From an uncultured Gemmatimonadales bacterium (GTDB taxonomy: Bacteria > Gemmatimonadota > Gemmatimonadetes > Gemmatimonadales > GWC2-71-9): DNA of 64,000 nt. Both the position numbers and the translations under genes were made by a program. Positions 44,209 to 53,200 of this stretch are shown piece by piece (the first letter of the stretch is position 1; every line of letters begins with the position of its first letter). The notes below the pieces were generated by a model. The model ran no database searches and was not told the DNA's origin. It was given only the letters and a program-made list of their open reading frames with translations. The DNA lies in assembly GCA_963698975.1 (NCBI GenBank), contig CAVOSV010000003.1, positions 517,864 to 581,863 of the forward strand. The letters are read 5' to 3'.

Positions 44209-45414
44209 CTAAAAGACCTCACCGGTGCCGAAGAACAGGCCCTTGGAGCCCTCCGCTCCGAATCCGTAGTCGATGGTGATGTTGGTGTTCGAATGTTTGT
44301 TCAGCTTGATTCGGAGACCCAATCCATAGCCGCGATCGGGAACCTGGAAGCTTCCGGTGCTGTCGGTGGCCGAGGTGAGATTGAGAAATCCCACCGCGCC
44401 AAAGAGCCCGTTTCGCGTCAGGCTGACCCGGTACTCTGCTTCCCCGTAGAGCAGGTTGGTTGCCCGGATTCTGCCCTGGGCGTAGGCCCGTCCGGTACGG
44501 CCGTTGTAATCCCAGCCGATGGCGGGCAGCTCCAGGTAGGGCGGCCTGCCGCCGGTGAACCAGGCCAGGCCCCAGAGCGCGAGCACGCTCTTCTGCAGCC
44601 GTGGGTATGCCCGGGCCTCCAGCTCCACCGATCCCCAATCTTGTTCGCTCCCCAAGGCCTGGGGGAAGAACCGGGCACTGCCCCGGGCGTAAAAGCCACG
44701 AGTGGCATTGATCGGATTGTTCCGCCCGTCCTTCAGCAGATTGAAGGAAACTCCCGAGGTGCTCGTACTGGTGATCGTGGCCCCGCCATTGTACTCGCTG
44801 AATGGCGTAGGACCCAAGGCGGCGCTCTTGTCCACGATGTCATAGTAGCGATTGAAGTGGTACCCGATGCCCGCCAGAACTCCGTCCCTGACTTCGCGGT
44901 ACACCGTCTCGTAGAAGCGCAGCACCTTGAAGTCCATGGGAGACGATAGCGCTTCGGGAAGCGCCGGTCCCAAACCGTAGGTCGGCTGGTTGGTATCGAG
45001 ATAACGCCAGTCACCCTCGAACTTCCAGACATTGCCAGTGGTGAAAAAATTCGAGCGGCTGACCACGTTGAACTGCTGTTTGGTGGTGTAGCTCACCGAG
45101 GCGTACAGCGTGGACAGATTGGTGTTTTCCTCTGGGCCCAGGCGGGTCACGACATTGCCGGAAACGCCCAGCAGGAAGCCCACCGTGGGGTTGGCGCCGA
45201 AGGCGGGCAAAACGCTGATAACGATTCGGGGGGGAAGGGTGATAGTGTCGCCCAGTGTGCGCTTGCCGTGCAGCACCCGGGAGAGCACATCCATCACGTC
45301 CACTTGCCGGACAGTGTCCTGCGTCGTAGGGGCAGGAGCTTGAGCTGTTACCCTCACGGCCGCGAACAGCAGGAAACAGCTACCGAGCGCCGGCCACCGC
45401 GATAGTAATCGCAC
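44209..45414 (-). CDS. Omp85/BamA-family beta-barrel protein without POTRA domains
   Basis: Signal peptide ...VRVTAQA. C-terminal NITIDYGFGAEGSKGLFFGTGEVF. Confidence 0.7.
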   Translation of the reverse strand: MRLLSRWPALGSCFLLFAAVRVTAQAPAPTTQDTVRQVDVMDVLSRVLHGKRTLGDTITLPPRIVISVLPAFGANPTVGFLLGVSGNVVTRLGPEENTNLSTLYASVSYTTKQQFNVVSRSNFFTTGNVWKFEGDWRYLDTNQPTYGLGPALPEALSSPMDFKVLRFYETVYREVRDGVLAGIGYHFNRYYDIVDKSAALGPTPFSEYNGGATITSTSTSGVSFNLLKDGRNNPINATRGFYARGSARFFPQALGSEQDWGSVELEARAYPRLQKSVLALWGLAWFTGGRPPYLELPAIGWDYNGRTGRAYAQGRIRATNLLYGEAEYRVSLTRNGLFGAVGFLNLTSATDSTGSFQVPDRGYGLGLRIKLNKHSNTNITIDYGFGAEGSKGLFFGTGEVF

Positions 45415-45420
45415 GGCGGC

Positions 45421-46233
45421 TCAGACAGCGGCCGACAGGCTGGGCCTTCTCCCATTTGAGGGGGCGGTCTCGGCATCGGCAAAGGACAGGACGCGAGGGA
45501 GGGTCGCCTGGATCCGGGTTCCCTGCCCCGGCGCGCTCTTCACCAGCAGCGACCCGCCCACACCGCGGAGTCTCTGGCGCATGCTCATCATGCCGAAGCC
45601 TTCGATTCGGTCCATCAGATCGGGCTCGAAACCGACACCCGCATCCGAGACGGTAAGCTTCAGCAGGGAATCCGTGGCCTCGAGCTTGACCCACACGGCG
45701 TCGGCGCCGCTGTGCTTGGCCGCGTTGTGCAGCGCCTCCTGGGTCACCCGGTACAGCGTCAACGCGGTGGCACCGGGTAGCTCTCCCGGCCAACTCGTTT
45801 CAGAGACGTGGATGGCGAGTCCATAGTGCTCCAGGTCCTGGCACAGTGCCCGCACCGCCGGCACCAGACCGAGGTATTCCAGCCGAGCCGGGTGGAGCCC
45901 GCGGGTGACATGCTGAATATCGGCGGCAATGGACCGGACCCGCTGGGCCAACTCCGCAATCCTGACCCCCACGGAGCGGGTGAACTGGGAGGTCGGCATT
46001 CCCAGCGCGTCCAGCTCCAACGCGAGCACCGCGAGTTGCTGGCTGATGTCGTCATGCAGCTCCCGGGCAATCCGGCTCCGTTCCGTCTCCAGCATTTGAA
46101 GCAGGCCACCACTGAGCCGCGCCAGGTCAGCCTCTGCCGCCCGGCGGCGCTGGCTGTTGCGCACGGCCGCCCAGACCAGCAGCATCAGTGCAGTGGGTGC
46201 AAGCAGCGCGGCAATGAACATTGAAAGAGACAT
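45421..46233 (-). CDS. sensor histidine kinase, HisKA_3 (NarX/DesK-like) type, single N-terminal TM, no extracytoplasmic domain
   Basis: H-box RIARELHDDISQQLAVL. HATPase segments NAAKHSGA and DAGVGF...GFGMMSMRQR. Confidence 0.85.
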   Translation of the reverse strand: MSLSMFIAALLAPTALMLLVWAAVRNSQRRRAAEADLARLSGGLLQMLETERSRIARELHDDISQQLAVLALELDALGMPTSQFTRSVGVRIAELAQRVRSIAADIQHVTRGLHPARLEYLGLVPAVRALCQDLEHYGLAIHVSETSWPGELPGATALTLYRVTQEALHNAAKHSGADAVWVKLEATDSLLKLTVSDAGVGFEPDLMDRIEGFGMMSMRQRLRGVGGSLLVKSAPGQGTRIQATLPRVLSFADAETAPSNGRRPSLSAAV

Positions 46234-46249
46234 GGCAGGAGCCGTTTTA

Positions 46250-46987
46250 TTAGAAGCGCAAGGTCAGGCCAAGGGCCGGTCCGTAGAAGTGCACGTTCTG
46301 GGTCAGATCCTTTTCGTAATCAACGTCGAGATACCGATACAACGCCGATACCGCGCAGCACTGTCCCACGTCGTATGCGGCACCGCCGTACGCCTGCCAG
46401 GTGAAGTTGGATCCGCCGGCACCCAGGTCTCCCTTGGCAAAGAGATGCCATCGCTCCGCCGGCAGGTATCGCAGTGCAGCGCCGGCAACGGCATCGATCC
46501 AGTCGTGGCTTTCGGACACCTCGTTGGGACTGAGATCCACCCGCAGGTGCCAGTAGCGGGCTCCCACAACGGCATCGATTCCCCCCCAGGGCCGAGCCAG
46601 GATGGTGCGCCCCACCTCCGGCTGCAGCATCAATTCGCTGAGGTCCACCGTCACACCATCTACTTGGTCGCCCAGGTTCAAGAAGAAGACATCGGTCTTC
46701 AGGACCCAGAGCTCTTTGCGCGCCTCCACCAGCCCCATGACGCCGATGTCGAAGTCGTCGATGACGTCTCCCACCCCGATGTTGACGTCGGAAGTCCGGC
46801 CGGCAACTCCGACCTGACCGTTGAGCCCGGCGCCCCAGAGATAAGGTGTGAAGCTGAATTGCCAGGCGGGCTTTTCGCCCTGCGCGTTCGGCACCCGGTT
46901 CTCCTGTGCCTCACCGCTGGCAGCCAGGGTCAATCCGATTGCCGCCAACAGCTCGCCTGCCAGTAGGAACCGGCAGGCGAACCTCAC
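46250..46987 (-). CDS. outer-membrane beta-barrel protein (hypothetical)
   Basis: Signal peptide ...LAASGEAQE. Ends GLTLRF. Its start overlaps the aquaporin stop by 4 nt. Confidence 0.7.
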   Translation of the reverse strand: MRFACRFLLAGELLAAIGLTLAASGEAQENRVPNAQGEKPAWQFSFTPYLWGAGLNGQVGVAGRTSDVNIGVGDVIDDFDIGVMGLVEARKELWVLKTDVFFLNLGDQVDGVTVDLSELMLQPEVGRTILARPWGGIDAVVGARYWHLRVDLSPNEVSESHDWIDAVAGAALRYLPAERWHLFAKGDLGAGGSNFTWQAYGGAAYDVGQCCAVSALYRYLDVDYEKDLTQNVHFYGPALGLTLRF

Positions 46988-47682
46988 CTCGCTACCTCAG
47001 ACGGACGTCCCTCCGGAACTCGGCTGGGTTCAGCGTGCAGCTGCACTGGGGGACGCTCCTGCAGCCCGAATACCGCCGCGGCAGCGGCGCCGCCAAGAAG
47101 CGGGCCTACCAGGTACAACCAGAGCTGGCCGGCCGATCCCCCGGCGATCAGCGTATTCACCAGAATCGGCCCGATACCTACCGCTGGATTGAAGGCGCCC
47201 CCGCTGATTCCCCCTCCAGCAAAGGCGGCAACCACGATAGTGAACCCGATTGCCAGGCCATAGAAGGAGTTGCCATGGGTCTTGGCCGAGGCCGCCGAGT
47301 TGAGCACCACCAGGGCCAGCGCAAAGGTGTAGAGGAACTCGACCAGCAGGGCTGCGGCCGGAGAAACATCCGGTCCCGGCGCCGGAGCGAAGGTCTTCCC
47401 GGTGATCAAGTAAACGAAAAGAGCGGCTGCGACCGCGCCCAGTACCTGGCTGACCATGTAGCCGACCGTCTCGCCGGTCGAGGCCATTTTGCCCCGCAGG
47501 TATACTGCGAGGGTTACCGCCGGATTGTAGTGAGCCCCTGAGACGTGCCCGCCCATGTACACCATCACCATCAGCGATGATCCGATGGCCAGCGGCGCGA
47601 GCGGAGATCCGCTCAGCACGGTGAGGCCGATCGTCAGCACCAGGAAAAAGGTGCCCAGAAACTCCGTGAGATAATTCTGCAT
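46984..47682 (-). CDS. MIP-family channel (aquaporin/aquaglyceroporin)
   Basis: Two NPA boxes (SGAHYNPAVTLA and GGAFNPAVGIG). N-terminal FLGTFFLVLTIG. Confidence 0.9.
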   Translation of the reverse strand: MQNYLTEFLGTFFLVLTIGLTVLSGSPLAPLAIGSSLMVMVYMGGHVSGAHYNPAVTLAVYLRGKMASTGETVGYMVSQVLGAVAAALFVYLITGKTFAPAPGPDVSPAAALLVEFLYTFALALVVLNSAASAKTHGNSFYGLAIGFTIVVAAFAGGGISGGAFNPAVGIGPILVNTLIAGGSAGQLWLYLVGPLLGGAAAAAVFGLQERPPVQLHAEPSRVPEGRPSEVAR

Positions 47683-47697
47683 GGTAGAGTCCGGGAG

Positions 47698-48402
47698 TCA
47701 GATCAGACGACGTTTGACTGCGTATTGCACCAGCTCGGCGCTCGAATGCAAAGAGAGTTGCCGCATGATTCTGTACTTGTGAAAAGCCACAGTTCGGGGA
47801 GTGATCCCCAGTGCCGCTCCCGCCTGCTTCATGGTGCTGCCCCCGGCTACCAGCCGAAGCACTTCTCGCTCACGGGACGATAGCGACTCCGCCTCGCAAA
47901 CATCGGCGATCCGCCGCACGGGGGCCGGGGTAGCCGCTGGGCGTCGCACCTGCTGCGGATACGGTTCTCCCGCCAACACGGTGCGGATTGCATGGAGAAG
48001 CTCTGATGCGGGAGTCGTTTTCAGAATGTAGGCCGAGGCGCCCGACCGGAACGCCTGGGCTGCAAGCTCGGGATCGTCATGCATGGTGAGCACGATGCAG
48101 TGCACCTGGGAGAGGCGGCGCCGAATACGCTGCACCGCTTGGAGTCCGCTGAGCCGGGGCATGCTCACATCGCAGAGCACCACGTCGGGCCGGAGCTCGT
48201 TGGCGGCATCGACCAGGGCTGCTCCATCAGTCACCGTGCGCAGCACGGTAAACTCCCGCTCCAGCATCTGCCGCAGCGCATCCAGGAGCAGGCTGTGATC
48301 GTCGGCGAGAAGAAGGCGAGGACGTTTGATGGGCGACCTGGAGTAACTGCCGGCCCACGGCTCGGGGGTTCCGCTTTGCCACGAAGGGGCAGGTGTACCC
48401 AT
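47698..48402 (-). CDS. response regulator, NarL/LuxR family (REC + LuxR-type HTH)
   Basis: LLLADDHSLLLDAL, DVVLCDVSMP, then SSREREVLRLVAGGSTMKQAGAALGITPRTVAFHKYRIM. Confidence 0.9.
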   Translation of the reverse strand: MGTPAPSWQSGTPEPWAGSYSRSPIKRPRLLLADDHSLLLDALRQMLEREFTVLRTVTDGAALVDAANELRPDVVLCDVSMPRLSGLQAVQRIRRRLSQVHCIVLTMHDDPELAAQAFRSGASAYILKTTPASELLHAIRTVLAGEPYPQQVRRPAATPAPVRRIADVCEAESLSSREREVLRLVAGGSTMKQAGAALGITPRTVAFHKYRIMRQLSLHSSAELVQYAVKRRLI

Positions 48403-48494
48403 ACTGAGCTTGCCCTTAGTAAAGGAAGCAGTCTCTTTGCCGAGTGGATCCCGAATGGTCGATGGCCAACGGTAGGATTGTCGACTTTACGCAG

Positions 48495-48514
48495 TAACTG
48501 GACCTTAGACTAGG
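48495..48514. promoter_or_regulatory. site X: AACTGGACCTTAGACTAGGC, contains a 13-mer shared (inverted) with 53364-53376
   Basis: GACCTTAGACTAG (48501-48513) is the reverse complement of CTAGTCTAAGGTC (53364-53376). Lies about 90 nt upstream of the start at 48402 and overlaps the stop of the upstream receiver gene. Confidence 0.4.
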
Positions 48515-48947
48515 CGGTTGTGCCGCCCTCCCGGTCTTCACTGATGCGTTCCCGAATGTCGGTCCAGGCAGGAACTTTGGACTGACCTGCCAGCGCGGCG
48601 TGTATGGTGGGGATGAGATCGATACCAGCTTGTGACTTGAGGACGTACCCCCGGGCACCAGCCTCAAGGGCGGCAGCGAGCACCGCGGGATCCGAAAGGA
48701 CGCTGAGCACGACGATCGCCGACGTGGTGTTCTCGGCCCGGATCTGCCGGATGGCCTCGATCCCGCCCATCCTCGGCATGGCCAGATCGATGACCACCAC
48801 GTTGGGCCGAAGTGTCCGAGCCAACCGGACCGCCTCCACCCCGTCAGCTGCCTCTCCCGCTATCTCGAACTCGGGATCGAGCAGCCTGCGGATGGCCGCA
48901 AGCAGCGGGGGATGATCGTCGGCAAGCAGAACCCGGAGACGGGCCAT
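48510..48947 (-). CDS. stand-alone receiver (CheY-like) protein
   Basis: MARLRVLLADDHPPLL, VVVIDLAMPRMGG, YVLKS. No output domain. Start chosen at the internal ATG 48947 (ORF opens at 48980). Confidence 0.8.
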   Translation of the reverse strand: MARLRVLLADDHPPLLAAIRRLLDPEFEIAGEAADGVEAVRLARTLRPNVVVIDLAMPRMGGIEAIRQIRAENTTSAIVVLSVLSDPAVLAAALEAGARGYVLKSQAGIDLIPTIHAALAGQSKVPAWTDIRERISEDREGGTTA

Positions 48948-49003
48948 AGGCACGATCCTGGAGGGGCGAAGCTGTGGCACATTAGAGTTTGGGAGGTAGG
49001 GGG

Positions 49004-49023
49004 GAAACTGTCAGTTGTGACAG
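49004..49023 (-). promoter_or_regulatory. 20-nt motif copy 9 (CTGTCACAACTGACAGTTTC)
   Basis: 56 nt upstream of the ATG at 48947, in the divergent region shared with the FixJ-type regulator gene. Exact 20-mer identity to copy 3. Confidence 0.7.
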
Positions 49024-49093
49024 CTTGCAACCTTTCGCCGCGCGGCCTTTGTCTGCATACTCCAGTGCAGTTCCCCCACAGTGTAAGGCAGAT

Positions 49094-49744
49094 ATGCCGA
49101 ATCCGAGTTCGGTTGTGTTCGTGGTAGACGACGATGAATCGCTCCGGCGCAGCCTGGAGCGGCTGCTCCGCGTGAGTGGGTACTCGGTCCAGTCCTTTTC
49201 CTCTGCGGCGGCGTTTCTAGAGCAGCCGGAGCCGGACTGTCCCACCTGTTTGCTGCTCGACATCCGGATGCCGGAGCTGACTGGACTCGACCTGCAGCAG
49301 GCCGTCAATCAGGCGCGCCCCACCTTGTCGGTTATCCTGATGACCGGTTTTGCGGACATGGAGAGTTGCATCCTGGGAATGAAAGCCGGGGCTGCGGACT
49401 TTCTCATCAAGCCGTTCGACGACGACCAGCTGCTCCACGCCGTGGCTACCGCCCTCGTGAAAAGCGAGGAGGTCCGCCAGTTGCGCGCGGAGTACCAGGA
49501 GCTGCGCCAGCGGTTTGACCTGCTCACTCCGCGAGAGCGCCAGGTGTTCGACCTGGTGGCCGAAGGACTCCTGAACAAACAGATCGCCGGGCGGCTGGGC
49601 ACCAGGGAAGGTACGGTGAAGCTGCACCGAGCCAATCTCATCAGAAAGCTGCAGGCCCACTCGGTGAGTGATCTGGTGCGAATGGCCGACCGCCTCCGCC
49701 AGGATCCCGCACGGCAGAATCAGTCCGCTCAAGTCTCCGCGTAG
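49094..49744 (+). CDS. response regulator, FixJ/LuxR family
   Basis: Start MPNPSSVVFVVDDDESLRRSL, then LLLDIRMPELTG and LTPRERQVFDLVAEGLLNKQIAGRLGTREGTVKLHRANLIRKL. Confidence 0.9.
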   Translation: MPNPSSVVFVVDDDESLRRSLERLLRVSGYSVQSFSSAAAFLEQPEPDCPTCLLLDIRMPELTGLDLQQAVNQARPTLSVILMTGFADMESCILGMKAGAADFLIKPFDDDQLLHAVATALVKSEEVRQLRAEYQELRQRFDLLTPRERQVFDLVAEGLLNKQIAGRLGTREGTVKLHRANLIRKLQAHSVSDLVRMADRLRQDPARQNQSAQVSA

Positions 49745-49875
49745 CGCAAAAAAGCCTCGACCAAGGTACAGTGGCTCACCGGCTGACTGGGCCGGTACCT
49801 TGCACCCATCTACTCACAAGGCGGGCGGGTGCGACCATGCACGGCGTATTAGCGTTCCGCCACCAGTCAGCTGAG

Positions 49876-50286
49876 ATGGACCTGAAACCTAGCAATGCTA
49901 TCCTGCCGGAGGCTGACGCCGAGTCGCCTCTGATTGTCATCGTTGACGATGACTCCTCCTTCCGTACCGCCATCTCCCGGCTGCTGCGCCTCTGGGGCTT
50001 CCGCATCGAGAGCTTTGGTTCGGCCGAGGAGTTTCTCCAGCACCGCACCGGGGCACACTGCATGATTCTGGATTTGCACCTAGGCGGGATGAGCGGACTG
50101 GAGCTGCAGACGCGCTTGGCCGAGGATGGCCGGCAGGTACCTATCGTGTTCGTAACCGCGGTGGAGGATGCGATGGTCCGGCGGAGGGCGCTCGATGCTG
50201 GGGCAGCCGCTTACCTGGAGAAGCCCTTTGATGAGCGCCGGCTGATGGAGGTCCTTCTGGCCGTAATCGACTACCGCCCCGAGTAA
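49876..50286 (+). CDS. stand-alone receiver protein
   Basis: MDLKPSNA...LIVIVDDDSSFRTAI, MILDLHLGGMSG, YLEKPF. 136 aa, no output domain. Confidence 0.8.
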   Translation: MDLKPSNAILPEADAESPLIVIVDDDSSFRTAISRLLRLWGFRIESFGSAEEFLQHRTGAHCMILDLHLGGMSGLELQTRLAEDGRQVPIVFVTAVEDAMVRRRALDAGAAAYLEKPFDERRLMEVLLAVIDYRPE

Positions 50287-50287
50287 G

Positions 50288-53200
50288 TCACTGCTGAGCG
50301 GCGGGTTTTGGGTGGCGACCGGCCGGGTCGAGGGCCAGATGGAAGGTCGCGCCGCCTAAGGGATTGTTGACCGCCCAGAGCCGGCCGCCGTGGGCGTGGA
50401 CGATGGATCGGCAGATGGCGAGCCCCAGCCCCAGTCCGCTTTCCTTGGTGGTGAAGAAGGCGTCGAAGATCTGGTCGAGCCGCTCCGGAGGAATCCCGGT
50501 TCCGCGGTCCTGCACCGCCAGCTCAACCCAACCATCCGGCGTCACGCTGGTCGAAATGGTCAGCAGCCGGTGGTCCGCCGGTCTACTCGCCATGGCATCA
50601 CAGGCGTTGCCGATCAAATTCAGGATCACCTGCTGCAGCTCGATGCGATCTCCCTGCACCAGCGGCATGACCGACGTGAGCCGGATGTCGGTGGCCACCC
50701 TCCTCCGGATCAGCTCGCTGTGCAGCAGGTCCCTCACCTCTTGAGCCAGCTCATTCAGGTTCACTGCACTAGTTCGCATCTCCCCCTTCTTCAGGAGAGC
50801 GCGGAGACGGCCGATCACCTGACCGGCCCGGCGGTCATCCACCACAATGTCTTCCAGGATGGCCCGGATCTCGACCAGATCGGGAGCGTTTCGGCTCATC
50901 ATCCGCTGGGCCGCCCGGGTGTTTGCCAGAATGGCCGCGAGCGGCTGATTCAGCTCGTGGGCCAGTGCACCGGACAGCTCGCCCAGTGAGGCCACCCGGC
51001 TCAGATGGGCCAGTTCCCGGCGCTGCGCCTCTGCCGCCACTTCAGCCTGCTTCCGTTCGCTCACGTCCCGCACGTTGACGATGAAGCATTGCTCGCCGGC
51101 CATTTCCATGGTGTCGGCTACCAGCAGGACCTGAAGGATTGCCCCGGAGCGGGTTCGCAGCTCCATCTCGAATTCGTGGAGAAACCCGTCCAATTCCAGC
51201 TGCTGCTGGGCCATGCTGGCCTGACGTTCATCCACAATCATGTTCAGCTCTTGCCCGGTGCACCCCACCGCCTCATTCCTGCCATGACCGAACATCATCT
51301 CCCACTTCTCATTCACCTCCACGACCCGATAATCCCCTTGGCGAATGATGGTGATCCCGTGGGGGCTGGAGTGAAAGGCCTTGCTGAAACGCTCTTCGGA
51401 GCTGCGGAGCGCTCGCTCGGCGGTAACCCGGTCAGCGATCTCCGCCTCGAGCGCCACCACCGCGGCGGAAAGATCGGCGGTGCGCTCATTCACTCGCGAT
51501 TCCAGCTGTTGCTGGGTGTCGCGCAGCTCCTGCTCTACGCTCTTCTGGTCCTGAATGTCGGTACAGGAGCCATACCACCTGATTATGGCTCCCGACGCAT
51601 CGCGAACCGGGTGGGCCCGAGCCAGGTGCCAGCGATAGTCCCCGGTGGCCGAAACCCTGAGCCGGTGCTCGACCTCACAGGTTTCCCCCGTGGCCAAAGC
51701 TCGGAGCCAGGCCTCGCGGGTCTTTTGCTGGTCCTCGGGATGGGTCATGGAGAGCCAGGTCTGATCCGGAATTACTGACTCGGCAGCCGCCGTCATCTCG
51801 TACCAGCGCCGGTTGAAGTATTCCAGGCGTCCCTCGGCGCTGGCGGTCCACACGATCTGGGGCATGGCGTTCGCCATGTCCCGCAGGCGCCCCTCGCTTT
51901 CGCGCAGCGCCGCCTCCTCCCGCCGCAGAGCCTCGGCGTTTTTCTGCTGGGTGATGTCTACGTTCACACCCAGCATTCGCGTCGGCTGGCCGGACCCGTC
52001 GTACAGCGTCTTACCCTTTGCGAGAATCCAGCGCGGCTCCGACCCGGACTGGATTACCCGAAACTCACATTCGTATGGCTTGCCTTCGTCCAGCGCGCCC
52101 TGAATTGCTCCTTGCACCCGCGACCGGTCCTCCGGAACGATGGCGCTGAGGAATGCTCCCAGGGACAGATCTCGATCGGGGGGGAGACCCAGGATCTGAT
52201 TGGATTTTTCGGACCACCAGCCTGAGTCCTCCCCTACCCGCCACTCCCAGGTGCCGAGCTGCGCCGCGCTCAGGGTCAGGTTGAGGCGTTCCTCGTTCTC
52301 CCGGGACGTCATCTCCATGTCTCGGCGCTCTTCCATAACGGCGGCCAGCATCAGCAGCGGAATGGAGAACACAATCATGAAGAGCTGGATGGTCAGCGCA
52401 TTCTCCGCCGGCGAGCTGGTGAGGAAGGGGCCACGGCCGTGTACCGCCCCCCAGATCGCCCAGCCCGCGATGACCAGCAGGAAGCTGCTGGTTCCGCGGG
52501 CTCCGGCGCGCACCGCTGCCCAGAGGACAAAGGGGAGCGGAACGTACGGAAGAATGGCTGACGAGCTAAAGCCGGCCTCCTCGCCGTTGAAGACCAGGGC
52601 CGACACCAATAAAAGACCGGCTGTGAGCAGCCCAATCTCCAGCTGACGCGCGTTTGAGGCGTGACGGAGATCGGCAAAGCCCTCGTTGCTCCAGCTGACG
52701 ATCACCGGCACCAGGGTCAATGACGCCAGAACATTGGCGAACAGCCGGGTGCGCCAGAGGTCCCAGAACCCAGTCCCAGCGGCGTAATTGAGCGTGACGA
52801 AGCCGGCATCCAGAAAGCAGGACACGAGCGTTCCCACGAATGCTGCACCAAAGAAAGTGCCGACGTCGTGCGAGCGATCGAACCGGAGCCGACCGTTGAC
52901 GAGATGACGCACGATCGCGGCACCGACGAGGGCCTCGCTGCAGTTGCTGATGTACCAGCCCAGGATCAATGCCGGAGGAAATCCGAGTGGGATCTGAACG
53001 GCGAGATGCGCCAGCAACGCGCCGAGCAGCACCAGCCACCACGACCGGGTCGGGGTAAGGAGCAGTGCCGCCAGCACGATCGAGTTTGGCGGCCACAGCG
53101 TGGAGATGGGACTGGGTTTGAGGGTTAAAGCAAAGCCGAGCTTGGCGCCGAGATAGTACGCAAGGCAAACGAACAACGCCGCCTTGAGCGCCTTGGGCTC

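Noticed and set aside
48975-48995. Sigma-54 promoter candidates (e.g. TGGCACattagAGTT at about 48976, CTGGCAACGGAGTGCG at about 11049, TGGCACagctcGGCT at about 35057), looked for because an NtrC-type activator is present
   Set aside because: None has the TTGC -12 element at the correct 5-nt spacing. Orientation or context is also wrong.
22659-49023. Interpreting the CTGT-N8-ACAG core of the 20-nt motif as an SOS (LexA) box
   Set aside because: Only some copies keep CTGT...ACAG (others have CTGG or CCAG). The conserved AA/GTTTC asymmetry and strict gene-facing orientation are not LexA-like. None of the downstream genes is a DNA-repair gene. It is kept only as an alternative to test.
49757-49800. 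Hairpin CAAGGTAC...GTACCTTG after the FixJ-type gene as a terminator
   Set aside because: The stem is interrupted by a large asymmetric bulge and is not followed by a T-tract. Support is weak.
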